63,101 bases of DNA from a virus. Location: IMG/VR virus record IMGVR_UViG_3300035667_000002. One strand, given 5' to 3'. The position numbers and the translations under genes were made by a program. Positions 1-7,170 of this stretch are shown in pieces; position 1 is the stretch's first letter; every line of letters starts with the position of its first letter. Below the pieces are notes generated by a model that did no database searches, was not told where the DNA came from, and saw only the letters and a program-made list of their open reading frames with translations.

Positions 1-127
1 TGATCCAGATCAGCATCGGCGTGGTGACCGCGTTCGGTGTCTGGGCGGCGGCCAACCTCCCGGGCCAGACCTGGATCAAGACGGCGGTGGCCTCGACCCT
101 CGCCGCGCTCTCCATCCTGGTGACCGC
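1..127. repeat. terminal overlap copy 1 (identical to 62975..63101)
   Basis: Compared base by base. It is 127/127 identical. Confidence 0.95.
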
Positions 128-299
128 CATCCTGGGCGGGGTCAACACCGGCGAGGTCGTCAACATGGCCATCGCGGTGTTGATCGCGCTCGGCGTAGCC
201 GTCACCACGTCCCCGGTCACTACGGTGATCGCGGGCCAGGTCCGTACCTACCTCAAGTCGGACGGACCCCCGCGCGAGACCACTCGCGTAGCCTCCTAA
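1..299 (+). CDS. holin-like membrane protein, 3' part of wrap-around CDS that starts at 62860
   Basis: Frame is continuous across the 127-nt end overlap (pos 1 = 62975). The unrolled product is 137 aa with about 4 hydrophobic helices and lies directly after the putative lysin. Confidence 0.5.
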   Translation, partial: IQISIGVVTAFGVWAAANLPGQTWIKTAVASTLAALSILVTAILGGVNTGEVVNMAIAVLIALGVAVTTSPVTTVIAGQVRTYLKSDGPPRETTRVAS

Positions 300-313
300 C
301 CCTCCACACGCAA

Positions 314-346
314 AACGGCCCCGGGACTCAGGTCACCGGGGCCGTT
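314..346. terminator. bidirectional hairpin terminator
   Basis: AACGGCCCCGG / CCGGGGCCGTT 11-bp stem between convergent genes. Confidence 0.6.
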
Positions 347-365
347 CGCTATCTGGTCGTACCGA

Positions 366-560
366 CTAGCCTCCCTGGTTCTTGCGGGCCCGGTCATTCC
401 TGGCCTGGACCAGCTTGGCGATCCGCTGGACGAGGTTGACGGCCTTCTGCGCGTCACGGGAGTGCGCGGACTGCTGGACGTGCCGGTGGCTGGAGGTGGT
501 GCCGCGCTTGCCCTCCCCCTGGCTCTTGCTGCCCTCTCCCTTGCCCTGGTGCTTGGCCAT
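366..560 (-). CDS. small basic protein (64 aa), paralog of 40431..40613
   Basis: ATG at 560 is preceded by GAGAGGAG and by promoter 604..632. The protein is K/R/G-rich and shares the IAKL...VQARN motif with 40431..40613. Confidence 0.5.
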   Translation of the reverse strand: MAKHQGKGEGSKSQGEGKRGTTSSHRHVQQSAHSRDAQKAVNLVQRIAKLVQARNDRARKNQGG

Positions 561-603
561 CGGTGCTCCTCTCGTGTGGCCGGCGGTTCCGGCCTCAGGT
601 ACT

Positions 604-632
604 ACGTTACAGGCATGACAGCTAAGTGTCAA
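604..632 (-). promoter_or_regulatory. conserved promoter
   Basis: TTGACActtagctgtcatgcctgTAACGT, 17-nt spacer. Drives 366..560. Confidence 0.7.
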
Positions 633-638
633 GCTCTG

Positions 639-1016
639 TCAGGATTCGGTCAGGACGGTCCAGTCCGTCATGCCGGTGAGCGCGTTACGCACGATGCCCC
701 AGAGCCAGGACGGCATCGAGTCGATCTTGCGGTCCGTGAACCCCTCGTCCGTCCACTCCATCGAGCAGCGCAGCGAGTCCGACTCCGAGCCGTCCCCCTT
801 GAGCTGGGGGCCCATGATCTTGACGGTGTGGACCCGGATCGAGCCGGCCGCTCCATCGGTGGTCTCGATGATCGCGACGATCGAGAGGGTGTCAGGCCGG
901 AACGAGACGTGCCGGCGGCGGTATCGGTTCTGATCCGGGTCGTCCAGGACCGGGCCGTTCTTGAACTTGAGCACCATCGACCGGCGCGTCCGGTCATTCG
1001 TGACTGTGATCTCCAC
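639..1016 (-). CDS. hypothetical protein
   Basis: ORF 639..1055. The ATG at 1055 lies inside the -10 of promoter 1052..1080, so the GTG at 1016 (GAGGGGA RBS) or a leaderless GTG at 1046 is more likely. The start is uncertain. Confidence 0.5.
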   Translation of the reverse strand: MEITVTNDRTRRSMVLKFKNGPVLDDPDQNRYRRRHVSFRPDTLSIVAIIETTDGAAGSIRVHTVKIMGPQLKGDGSESDSLRCSMEWTDEGFTDRKIDSMPSWLWGIVRNALTGMTDWTVLTES

Positions 1017-1051
1017 GGGGTGTCCCCTCTGTCGTGTCTCTGTCACCTCTG

Positions 1052-1080
1052 ACATTACAGGCGTGGCGACAAGGTGTCAA
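1052..1080 (-). promoter_or_regulatory. conserved promoter
   Basis: TTGACAccttgtcgccacgcctgTAATGT. Drives 639..1016. Confidence 0.7.
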
Positions 1081-1094
1081 GAGGGGACGCGCCG

Positions 1095-1559
1095 TCACTC
1101 GAACTTGCTGGTCCAGGAGGTGTCCTTGTCCAGGCCAGCGCCGTTCGTCGTGGTCATCCACAGGGCGGGATCGCGAACCGCGCCGGTCGTCGGGTCGATG
1201 TTGCGGGACTCGCCCGAGGGCCCGTCCCAGGTCCGCGAGGGCTCGGGCACGATCGGGTGCTCCGCCGTGGCCGCGTTCGGGTCCACGAGGGTGAACCGGT
1301 AGCCGAGCCGGGAGAGGGAGTCCACCACGGCCTGGGCCTGGGAGATGTCCAGGGTCGCGCCGGCCGAGACCAGGATCTTGGCCGCCTCGGCGCGGCCCAC
1401 CATCTGAGCCTCGGCCAGGGCGGCCAACCGTCTGACCTCGGCCAGGACCGGGCGCACCGCCTCGGCGATGGCGTGGTTGGTCTGGGTCGCCACGGCCTCG
1501 GCAATGGCCCGTTCGAGTTTGCCACCCTCGATGGTGATCGAGCCGGAAAGCTGTGTCAT
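1095..1559 (-). CDS. hypothetical protein
   Basis: 154-aa ORF with a GGGGGAGAG RBS before the ATG at 1559 and high GC3. Confidence 0.6.
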   Translation of the reverse strand: MTQLSGSITIEGGKLERAIAEAVATQTNHAIAEAVRPVLAEVRRLAALAEAQMVGRAEAAKILVSAGATLDISQAQAVVDSLSRLGYRFTLVDPNAATAEHPIVPEPSRTWDGPSGESRNIDPTTGAVRDPALWMTTTNGAGLDKDTSWTSKFE

Positions 1560-1599
1560 CGTCTCTCCCCCTTACACGGCCGGCGGTCTGTCGGCCTGG

Positions 1600-1629
1600 T
1601 TGCAACGTAACAGGCGGTCATGCTACCTT
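1600..1629 (+). promoter_or_regulatory. promoter (variant), overlaps the reverse one
   Basis: TTGCAA-18 nt-TACCTT, then 6 nt to ATG 1636 (leaderless). Confidence 0.45.
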
Positions 1630-1633
1630 GCAA
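1605..1633 (-). promoter_or_regulatory. promoter (variant) inside 38-bp palindrome
   Basis: TTGCAAggtagcatgaccgcctgTTACGT. Drives 1095..1559. Confidence 0.5.
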
Positions 1634-1635
1634 CC

Positions 1636-1854
1636 ATGACGTTGAAGTTGGAGCTGAGCACCGCCGCCCGGACCGCACTGCTCTCCGCCGGCACATCACG
1701 GCAGGGAGCCAAGACCTACCCCCGTGAGAACCAGGCCGTACGGGCCGAGCTGCTGGCCGCCGGCCTGATCGGTGACAACGACGGTTTGACCATGCGGGGC
1801 ACCATCGCCCGGGAGAAGGCCGTGGACGCACTGCTGGACGAGTTCGACAACTGA
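1636..1854 (+). CDS. hypothetical protein (72 aa), candidate leaderless mRNA
   Basis: ATG lies 6 nt after the TACCTT -10 of promoter 1600..1629. No RBS is present. Confidence 0.5.
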   Translation: MTLKLELSTAARTALLSAGTSRQGAKTYPRENQAVRAELLAAGLIGDNDGLTMRGTIAREKAVDALLDEFDN

Positions 1855-1868
1855 CGAGAGGTAACCGA

Positions 1869-2414
1869 ATGACTGAGAGCAACCAGAGCACGCCCGAGGT
1901 GAAGAGGCCCCCGATGGGTCCTGCCATCGTGATGACCATCGTGGAGACCGCCTGGGTGGTCGCGATCGTGTCCCTGATCTGGGGCGGTGACTACTCGGAC
2001 GGCTGGACCGGCCATGACGCGGTGGTGGCCCTGGTCCTGCTGGTCCCGATCCTGCACGCGGTGGGCTCGGTGCGCACCGTCTGGAAGGCCCGGAGCGGCT
2101 ACTCCAGCTCGGTTCAGGCGTACGCGACGGCCCTTGCCGGTGACACCGGAGTGTGGCGCGATGAGCTGGACCGGGTGCGCCTGACCGTGCGCTGGGATGG
2201 CGAGGCCGGCCACTACTGGATCAAGGGCACGTTCGACCGCGAGGAACTGACCGAGGAAGAGCCGTGGGTCGACTCGCTCACCCTGGGGGAGATGGTCCAG
2301 CGCGAGGAGCGCACGAACACCTTGCGGCCCGAGGACACCGAGGCCACCCGCGCGATCCGTGGCCGCCTGATGATCCCGAGTTGGGACCGGTTCGAGAGCG
2401 AGGACAGCCTGTGA
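1869..2414 (+). CDS. membrane protein
   Basis: GAGAGG RBS. Two or three hydrophobic segments in the N-terminal half. Confidence 0.6.
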   Translation: MTESNQSTPEVKRPPMGPAIVMTIVETAWVVAIVSLIWGGDYSDGWTGHDAVVALVLLVPILHAVGSVRTVWKARSGYSSSVQAYATALAGDTGVWRDELDRVRLTVRWDGEAGHYWIKGTFDREELTEEEPWVDSLTLGEMVQREERTNTLRPEDTEATRAIRGRLMIPSWDRFESEDSL

Positions 2415-2866
2415 GCGAGGACTTGACCGGTCAGGCGTTCATCGTCAAGGCCGGAGATGACCGCGTGGGGGGTATGCCGGACGGCCTGTTCTTTCCTGGC
2501 CTCCAGAAGATCCACGACGTCTCTGACGGCCATCACACGTTCGGGGACCTGTATGACCACCGCCGCGCGCTCACGCGGGCTCTCGCGCTCGCGATCGTCA
2601 AGGGTGCGGACGGGGTTGGCTGGCGCTCCTGGCGCGAGATCAACGCGTGGCGGTCCAAGCGGCACCACCCGGAGAACGGCCCGATGTTCGAGGGCTATTT
2701 CGTGATCGGGTTCAACCTGGGTACCACCGGCCAGGTCTCGTATCACTACAAGCTGGAGCACTGGGACGAGTTCGAGGGTGTGCCGGCGCTGGAATACGCG
2801 CCGCGCTGGGACGGCCACACCCCCGAGGACACGGTGGCCCGGCTCCTGGCCTGGACCCCCGTCTGA
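2411..2866 (+). CDS. hypothetical protein
   Basis: GTGA start/stop overlap with the upstream gene and high GC3. C-terminal ...APRWDGHTPED motif. Confidence 0.6.
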   Translation: MSEDLTGQAFIVKAGDDRVGGMPDGLFFPGLQKIHDVSDGHHTFGDLYDHRRALTRALALAIVKGADGVGWRSWREINAWRSKRHHPENGPMFEGYFVIGFNLGTTGQVSYHYKLEHWDEFEGVPALEYAPRWDGHTPEDTVARLLAWTPV

Positions 2867-2880
2867 CAGGTAAGCGTCAA
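2863..2880. promoter_or_regulatory. operator-like palindrome (no -10)
   Basis: cTGACaggtaagcGTCAA. Overlaps the stop of 2411..2866 and lies 35 nt upstream of promoter 2915. Confidence 0.45.
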
Positions 2881-2910
2881 GAGCCCCGGATCGAAAGGTC
2901 CGGGGCTCTT
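2879..2910 (+). terminator. hairpin terminator
   Basis: AAGAGCCCCGGA-tcgaaagg-TCCGGGGCTCTT, 12-bp stem. Confidence 0.6.
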
Positions 2911-2914
2911 GTCG

Positions 2915-2943
2915 TTGACACCTCGTCGGTACGCCTGTAAGGT
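2915..2943 (+). promoter_or_regulatory. conserved promoter
   Basis: TTGACAcctcgtcggtacgcctgTAAGGT. Drives 2986..3198 and downstream genes. Confidence 0.65.
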
Positions 2944-2985
2944 CAGTGATGAAGCGTCACACCAGCTACCGGGAGGACAACGGAC

Positions 2986-3198
2986 ATGAGCGCCGGCTAC
3001 CTACGAAAGTGCGGAAGCAAGATCAAACACGAGACTCGCGCATCGGCAGAGGGGCAACGCACCTCGATGGTCAAGGCCGGCAAGTGGACCCGGTCCAGCT
3101 CGAACACCTACGGGTGCAACGTGTGCGGCAACTACCACGCGGGCTCGATCCGCAAGGGCCAGTTCCGGGGCACCCGAGGCCGGAAGGTCTCGCGATGA
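2986..3198 (+). CDS. small Cys-containing (zinc-ribbon-like) protein
   Basis: GGGAGGA RBS. GC3 clearly favours this frame over the overlapping 2946..3599 ORF. Contains YGCNVCGNYH, similar to 5915..6109. Confidence 0.55.
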   Translation: MSAGYLRKCGSKIKHETRASAEGQRTSMVKAGKWTRSSSNTYGCNVCGNYHAGSIRKGQFRGTRGRKVSR

Positions 3199-3599
3199 CC
3201 GTCGGGGCCAGGACCGTCAACGCGGACGGCAAGCGGGCCAGAGGTGGCAGCAACGGCAACGAACGCGGCAACACGGCCGAGCGGTTGCGGCGGCGGATCT
3301 GGCTGGTGACCACCTACCGGGCCGACGTTGACGTCTACCGGGCGGTCATCGACGTGGCCGACGACTTCCCCAACACGGTGGAGTACCTGATCCCGATCGA
3401 CCGGGGCCGCACTGATCTACCCACCGAGCCCGCGTGTCGGTGCTACCGGTGCGGGGAGCTGTTGACCGTGGACATGGTCTCGGCCGACCGGATCGTCCCG
3501 GGGTGCGACGGCGGGACCTATGCCCGGACCAACATCAGGCCCGCGTGCTGCCGGTGCAACTCGGTGACCGGCGCGACCACCAGGAGGAAGAAGCGATGA
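3195..3599 (+). CDS. HNH endonuclease
   Basis: ATGA overlap with the upstream gene. Contains CxxC...DRIVPG...N...CCxxCN, an HNH-type motif. Confidence 0.7.
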   Translation: MTVGARTVNADGKRARGGSNGNERGNTAERLRRRIWLVTTYRADVDVYRAVIDVADDFPNTVEYLIPIDRGRTDLPTEPACRCYRCGELLTVDMVSADRIVPGCDGGTYARTNIRPACCRCNSVTGATTRRKKR

Positions 3600-3883
3600 C
3601 GGGGTACAACGCGCCGCCCGAGGGCGACGGCAGGACACGAAAGGACCGCTCCCTCCCCCAGAGGTTGGGCGCGGCACGCGCGGCCTTGGCCGTCGAGCTG
3701 ACCGAGTTCAAGCGGCTCGGCCAGGCCATCGTGCGGGCCGACCGCAACGGCAACCGGACCAAGGTCGCGGTGCTCGCCGAGCTGATCAGGGAGGGTCGCA
3801 CGTCGATCGCGCTGCGCAAGGCGGCGGTGGCCGAGCTGGAGACCGAGGCCGAGGAGTTCGAGAACGGGGAGGGAGAGCGATGA
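3596..3883 (+). CDS. hypothetical protein (coiled-coil)
   Basis: ATGA overlap with the upstream gene. C-terminal half is Ala/Glu-rich and helical. Confidence 0.55.
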   Translation: MTGYNAPPEGDGRTRKDRSLPQRLGAARAALAVELTEFKRLGQAIVRADRNGNRTKVAVLAELIREGRTSIALRKAAVAELETEAEEFENGEGER

Positions 3884-4431
3884 CGAACGAGGGCATCCTG
3901 TATCAGGCCCAGAGCGACGTGGCGGCCGAGGCTTCACGGGACGCGGCGGCCGGGGTGCACGCGAGCCACTGTTGCTACCGGCACGGGTGTAAGTACGGCG
4001 GTGATGAGTGTCCGGTGGTGGCGGGGCTGGCTCAGCGCACGATGTGCGAGGTGTGCGACGACGAGATCCGCGAGTGGTGGCCGTTGATCAAGGCGGCCAA
4101 CGCGGCGTACGACGCGGGCCGGCGCGCTGGCCAGCGTGAGGGAGCGGACCACGGGTTCGCCGAGGGCTCCTACCGTGGGTTCCGCCAGGGTCGGGTCTAC
4201 GCCGAGACCGGCCGGCTGGAGCCGATCGGACCGTTGCCCGCGTTCCTGGCCGTCGAGGTGTCCCAGGAGATGGTGGACGCGTTCGGCGAGGGTTGGGAGC
4301 AGGCCGACGGATCGGCCCGCTACCTGGACCCGGACTCGGTGGTGCCCGGAACCCGGCGGCGCGCCGGCCTGAGCGCCGTTCTCGCGATCGTGCGGCGCGA
4401 CGTGGCCGCCAGCATGGGGGGCAGGGAATGA
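3880..4431 (+). CDS. hypothetical protein, Cys-rich N-terminus
   Basis: ATGA overlap. Contains a HCCYRHGCKYGGDECP...CEVCDDE cluster. Confidence 0.6.
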   Translation: MTNEGILYQAQSDVAAEASRDAAAGVHASHCCYRHGCKYGGDECPVVAGLAQRTMCEVCDDEIREWWPLIKAANAAYDAGRRAGQREGADHGFAEGSYRGFRQGRVYAETGRLEPIGPLPAFLAVEVSQEMVDAFGEGWEQADGSARYLDPDSVVPGTRRRAGLSAVLAIVRRDVAASMGGRE

Positions 4432-4538
4432 GCGTCTTAGCGGTCGACACAGGCACCAATGGCGGTGCTGGTCTGTTCTGCGCGTTCGTCGTGTTCCTGG
4501 GTGTGCTCGCGATCCTCCAGCACATGCGGACCAAGTGA
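4428..4538 (+). CDS. small membrane protein (36 aa)
   Basis: ATGA overlap. Single hydrophobic helix. Confidence 0.4.
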   Translation: MSVLAVDTGTNGGAGLFCAFVVFLGVLAILQHMRTK

Positions 4539-4699
4539 TGGGCGACGCGTTGATCGCGCTGGGCATGGTCCTGGCGGTGTTCGCTCTGCTCTACGGCGGG
4601 GCGCGGTTCATGGGCAACGGCCGGTGCTGGCGCTGCCGCAAGCTCTGCCCCCCGTGGTCGGTCTACTGCCGGAGGTGCCTCGATGGCCCAGAAGCCTAG
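4538..4699 (+). CDS. small membrane protein with Cys-rich tail (53 aa)
   Basis: TGATG overlap. N-terminal helix followed by CWRCRKLC...YCRRC. Not in the ORF track because it is under 60 aa. Confidence 0.4.
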   Translation: MGDALIALGMVLAVFALLYGGARFMGNGRCWRCRKLCPPWSVYCRRCLDGPEA

Positions 4700-4979
4700 G
4701 CCCGTCAAGCGCACGGCCCGCGAGATCGCGCGGCTGGTCTCGGTCACGATGCGCCTCGGGTCGTACCACATCGGGCCGGGTCACCGGGAGTTCGTGTGCC
4801 CGGTGGCGTACGAGGCCAAGAGCACCCAGGACGGCGTCTCGCACCGGTTCGCGGTGCGGGTGCAGGTCTGGGAGAAGCCTGACCGGGTGCCCCTGGTCAA
4901 GCTGGCCTTGGCCCAGCACCTGGCGGATGCCGACACCAACGGTGAGCCCTGTCAGGACGCGCACCGCCGGAAGGGTTGA
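4683..4979 (+). CDS. hypothetical protein
   Basis: 98-aa ORF with good GC3. Confidence 0.55.
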   Translation: MAQKPRPVKRTAREIARLVSVTMRLGSYHIGPGHREFVCPVAYEAKSTQDGVSHRFAVRVQVWEKPDRVPLVKLALAQHLADADTNGEPCQDAHRRKG

Positions 4980-5004
4980 CACTTAGACGTCATGCCTGTA
5001 ATGT
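4976..5004 (+). promoter_or_regulatory. conserved promoter
   Basis: TTGACActtagacgtcatgcctgTAATGT. Drives 5057..5542. Confidence 0.7.
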
Positions 5005-5038
5005 ATTGGGTGTTGGTCCACACGGGCCAGCACCCAAT
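5005..5038 (+). other. 5'UTR hairpin immediately after promoter
   Basis: ATTGGGTG...CACCCAAT. Confidence 0.45.
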
Positions 5039-5056
5039 ATCGGAAGGACACCAACC

Positions 5057-5542
5057 ATGAAGATCGTCGGAATCGCCGAGATCAGCGCCACCGCCGTCAA
5101 CGTCTCGGCCCGTGACTCTCAGACCTGGGACAACGTGCTGGCGTTCTCCGAGGCCCGGCCGGCCAGCCTGGCCGACGCCGACGAGGCCCTGTTCGCCCAC
5201 GGGTTCGGCCGGGTGCGTGCCTGGGACCTGGGGGAGAACGGGACCGTCACGGCGGCGGTGGCGACGGTGGACAACGAGTTCAACGGCGTACGGGCCGCGC
5301 GCCTGGACGTCATGGTCGGCGCCGAGAGCCACCACAACCTGGAGCTGTGCCTGGCCCGCGAGGTCCAGGACGGTGACCTGATCACCTCCGAGCCCGGTTG
5401 CCCGCTCGCGGTCGTGGCCGGCTCGCGCTACGAGTCCGGCACGATGCGCCTGCACATGGTGGGCGAGTGCAAGGTCTGGGATGAGCGCCACACCACCACG
5501 TTCCCGGCCGACCGGCCCCTCTGGGTCGCGCGCAAGCGCTGA
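5057..5542 (+). CDS. hypothetical protein
   Basis: ATG follows a GGAAGGACA RBS and lies downstream of promoter 4976..5004 and a 5'UTR hairpin. Confidence 0.65.
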   Translation: MKIVGIAEISATAVNVSARDSQTWDNVLAFSEARPASLADADEALFAHGFGRVRAWDLGENGTVTAAVATVDNEFNGVRAARLDVMVGAESHHNLELCLAREVQDGDLITSEPGCPLAVVAGSRYESGTMRLHMVGECKVWDERHTTTFPADRPLWVARKR

Positions 5543-5554
5543 GAGAAAGGCCAG

Positions 5555-5581
5555 GTGGGGGGACCTTCGCGGTCCCCCCAC
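5555..5581 (+). terminator. hairpin terminator
   Basis: GTGGGGGGACC-ttcgc-GGTCCCCCCAC. Confidence 0.6.
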
Positions 5582-5602
5582 GGTGTTATCTGAGAGGAGA
5601 AA

Positions 5603-5620
5603 TTGACATGTCAGAGTCAA
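5603..5620. promoter_or_regulatory. operator-like palindrome over a start codon
   Basis: TTGACatgtcagaGTCAA. Contains ATG 5608. Confidence 0.45.
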
Positions 5621-5928
5621 GCCAGCCGTTCGACCTTGTGAGTTACATCTGGGACCGAGCGGTGGCCGCCGGCCTGCCACGGGACAAGGTGGCGGCCGAG
5701 GTCAAGTGGGCTATGGAGTACGTGAACGAGGCCCCTGAGCAGGCGATAGAGCGGATCAAGCGGCAGGCCATGCGGCACCACCCGTTCGTTGGTCCGGGCC
5801 CGTACTGCATGGGTTGGGGCCCCGAGGTGGCGGTGGGCACGGTCGAGGTCGGGATGATCATCATGCGGACCCAGTGCGGGTACCCGGCCGATCTGCATCC
5901 GCTGGAGAGCGGCGATGGCACGGCCTAA
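5608..5928 (+). CDS. hypothetical protein
   Basis: GAGAGGAG RBS. The start codon sits inside palindrome 5603..5620. Confidence 0.6.
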   Translation: MSESSQPFDLVSYIWDRAVAAGLPRDKVAAEVKWAMEYVNEAPEQAIERIKRQAMRHHPFVGPGPYCMGWGPEVAVGTVEVGMIIMRTQCGYPADLHPLESGDGTA

Positions 5929-6109
5929 GCGGCGGTACCCACGCTGCGCGGTGTGCGGCAAGGTCACCTACCCGACCAACGGGCGGGCACTGAGCGCGTG
6001 CGCGACCCTGGCGAGATCGGGCAAGGTGTGGCGCGCCTACAAGGCCCCGGGGTGCACGGGATGGCACGTGACCAGCAGCGATACCCCGCCGTTGCTGCCT
6101 GGGAAGTGA
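5915..6109 (+). CDS. zinc-ribbon protein
   Basis: CAVCG...CTGWHVTS motif. 14-nt overlap with the upstream gene. Confidence 0.55.
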   Translation: MARPKRRYPRCAVCGKVTYPTNGRALSACATLARSGKVWRAYKAPGCTGWHVTSSDTPPLLPGK

Positions 6110-6290
6110 AGAGACAGAGCGCTTGTGGCGGGGTGTACCAACCTCTGTGCGGTGGGAAAAAGCCGACGGGCCGAGCGCTCGATCGGTTTCGCTGGAGTCG
6201 CGCACTAGTAGGTGAAGCAAAGTACCGGGGGTCATGGGGGCACTCGGGGGTGCACGTGTTCACCAAGATCCCACCGCTCGCTCTGCACCG

Positions 6291-6487
6291 GGGTACACCT
6301 GGGGGAGCTGGGGGAAGCTCCTACGCTATGGAGTCATGAAATAAAGGTGTGTCAACCGAGCGCGTGTGAGCGTGCGCGCACGGCGCGTACATGTGAGGCG
6401 CGCACGCGAGGGCCATGGGGCCGGCTACACACACGTATATCGCGGGAACAGGGTCCGGAGGCTGGCACCCGCTCCCCCCGGTTCACA
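6291..6487. repeat. non-coding inverted-repeat element, copy A (degenerate arms)
   Basis: Shares a 29-nt identical block (6301..6329 = 34071..34099) and several shorter blocks with copy B. AT-rich island at tcatgaaataaaggtgtgtc. Confidence 0.7.
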
Positions 6488-6534
6488 CCGACCCAGGCAC
6501 GGGGGACCTGTGGACCAGGGGGTATGGTGGACCA

Positions 6535-6825
6535 ATGGACCTACCCGAGGTGAAGTCGATCCGGCCACCATCGCCACCGCTTCATATGGACGACCTCTGG
6601 GCCACGCTCCAGGGCATGGCTCCTGGTCTGTACCTGACCGGAGACCTGCACGCGCGGTACGTCGAGGTGGCGCGCGCTGCTGGCCGTGAGCCCGCCAGTG
6701 TCCAGGTCCTCGGGCAGAGGATGCGTGAGACGGGCTCCGAGCGGCACACCCGAGGCGGGTACGGGGCCTGGACCGTTACCCCCGTCCAGAGCGACCCGTA
6801 TGCGTGGCACACAGGCCCGCGTTGA
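6535..6825 (+). CDS. hypothetical protein (possible DNA-binding)
   Basis: Internal ATG of ORF 6415..6825. The part upstream overlaps non-coding repeat element A. Confidence 0.45.
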   Translation: MDLPEVKSIRPPSPPLHMDDLWATLQGMAPGLYLTGDLHARYVEVARAAGREPASVQVLGQRMRETGSERHTRGGYGAWTVTPVQSDPYAWHTGPR

Positions 6826-6867
6826 CACCGTGGCCGGAATGCCCCCTCTGACAGGTAGGATGCGCCC

Positions 6868-7170
6868 GTGGACCCCTGGATCTGGATCGTGTACGCGCTG
6901 GCCGTGGCCAGGCTTACCGGCCTGGTCACTCTCGACACCATCACCGAGCCGATCCGGGACCGCATCATCGTCGCTCTCGATGACACCCCGGGCTCGGGCG
7001 GCGCGTGGCTCTCGTCCCTGATCACGTGCCCCTGGTGCGCCAGCGTGTGGATCTCCGCCGTGGCCGCGCCCGTAGTCTGGAACCTGGGTCACTCCCCCTG
7101 GCTTCTCGTGCCGGCCCTCGGGCTGGCCTTCTCGTTCGTCTCTGGCGCGACCTCGAACCTGGGTAGGTGA
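6868..7170 (+). CDS. membrane protein, DUF1360-like
   Basis: GTG start. Three hydrophobic helices and a CPWC motif, as I recall for DUF1360. Confidence 0.55.
   Translation: MDPWIWIVYALAVARLTGLVTLDTITEPIRDRIIVALDDTPGSGGAWLSSLITCPWCASVWISAVAAPVVWNLGHSPWLLVPALGLAFSFVSGATSNLGR

Noticed and set aside
1-127. Biological direct terminal repeat
   Set aside because: The repeat sits inside a coding sequence and is exactly 127 nt, a common assembler k-mer. It is more likely a circularisation overlap, though this cannot be proven without reads.
2946-3599. Single 217-aa leaderless ORF starting right after promoter 2915..2943
   Set aside because: Third-position GC supports the alternative frame 2986..3198 for the first 250 nt. 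The HNH part starts at ATG 3195, with an ATGA overlap.
5953-6339. ORFs crossing the inverted-repeat elements (5953..6339, 6212..6553, 33906..34262, and the N-terminal part of 34103..34948)
   Set aside because: They have no RBS, mixed codon signal and low-complexity translation. They coincide with the repeated non-coding element present in two unrelated contexts.
6822-6867. TTGACA at 6822 and CTGACAGGTAGGAT at about 6849 as the promoter for 6868..7170 and the portal gene
   Set aside because: The spacing between the -35-like and -10-like elements is wrong (28 nt), and neither half matches the conserved family well.
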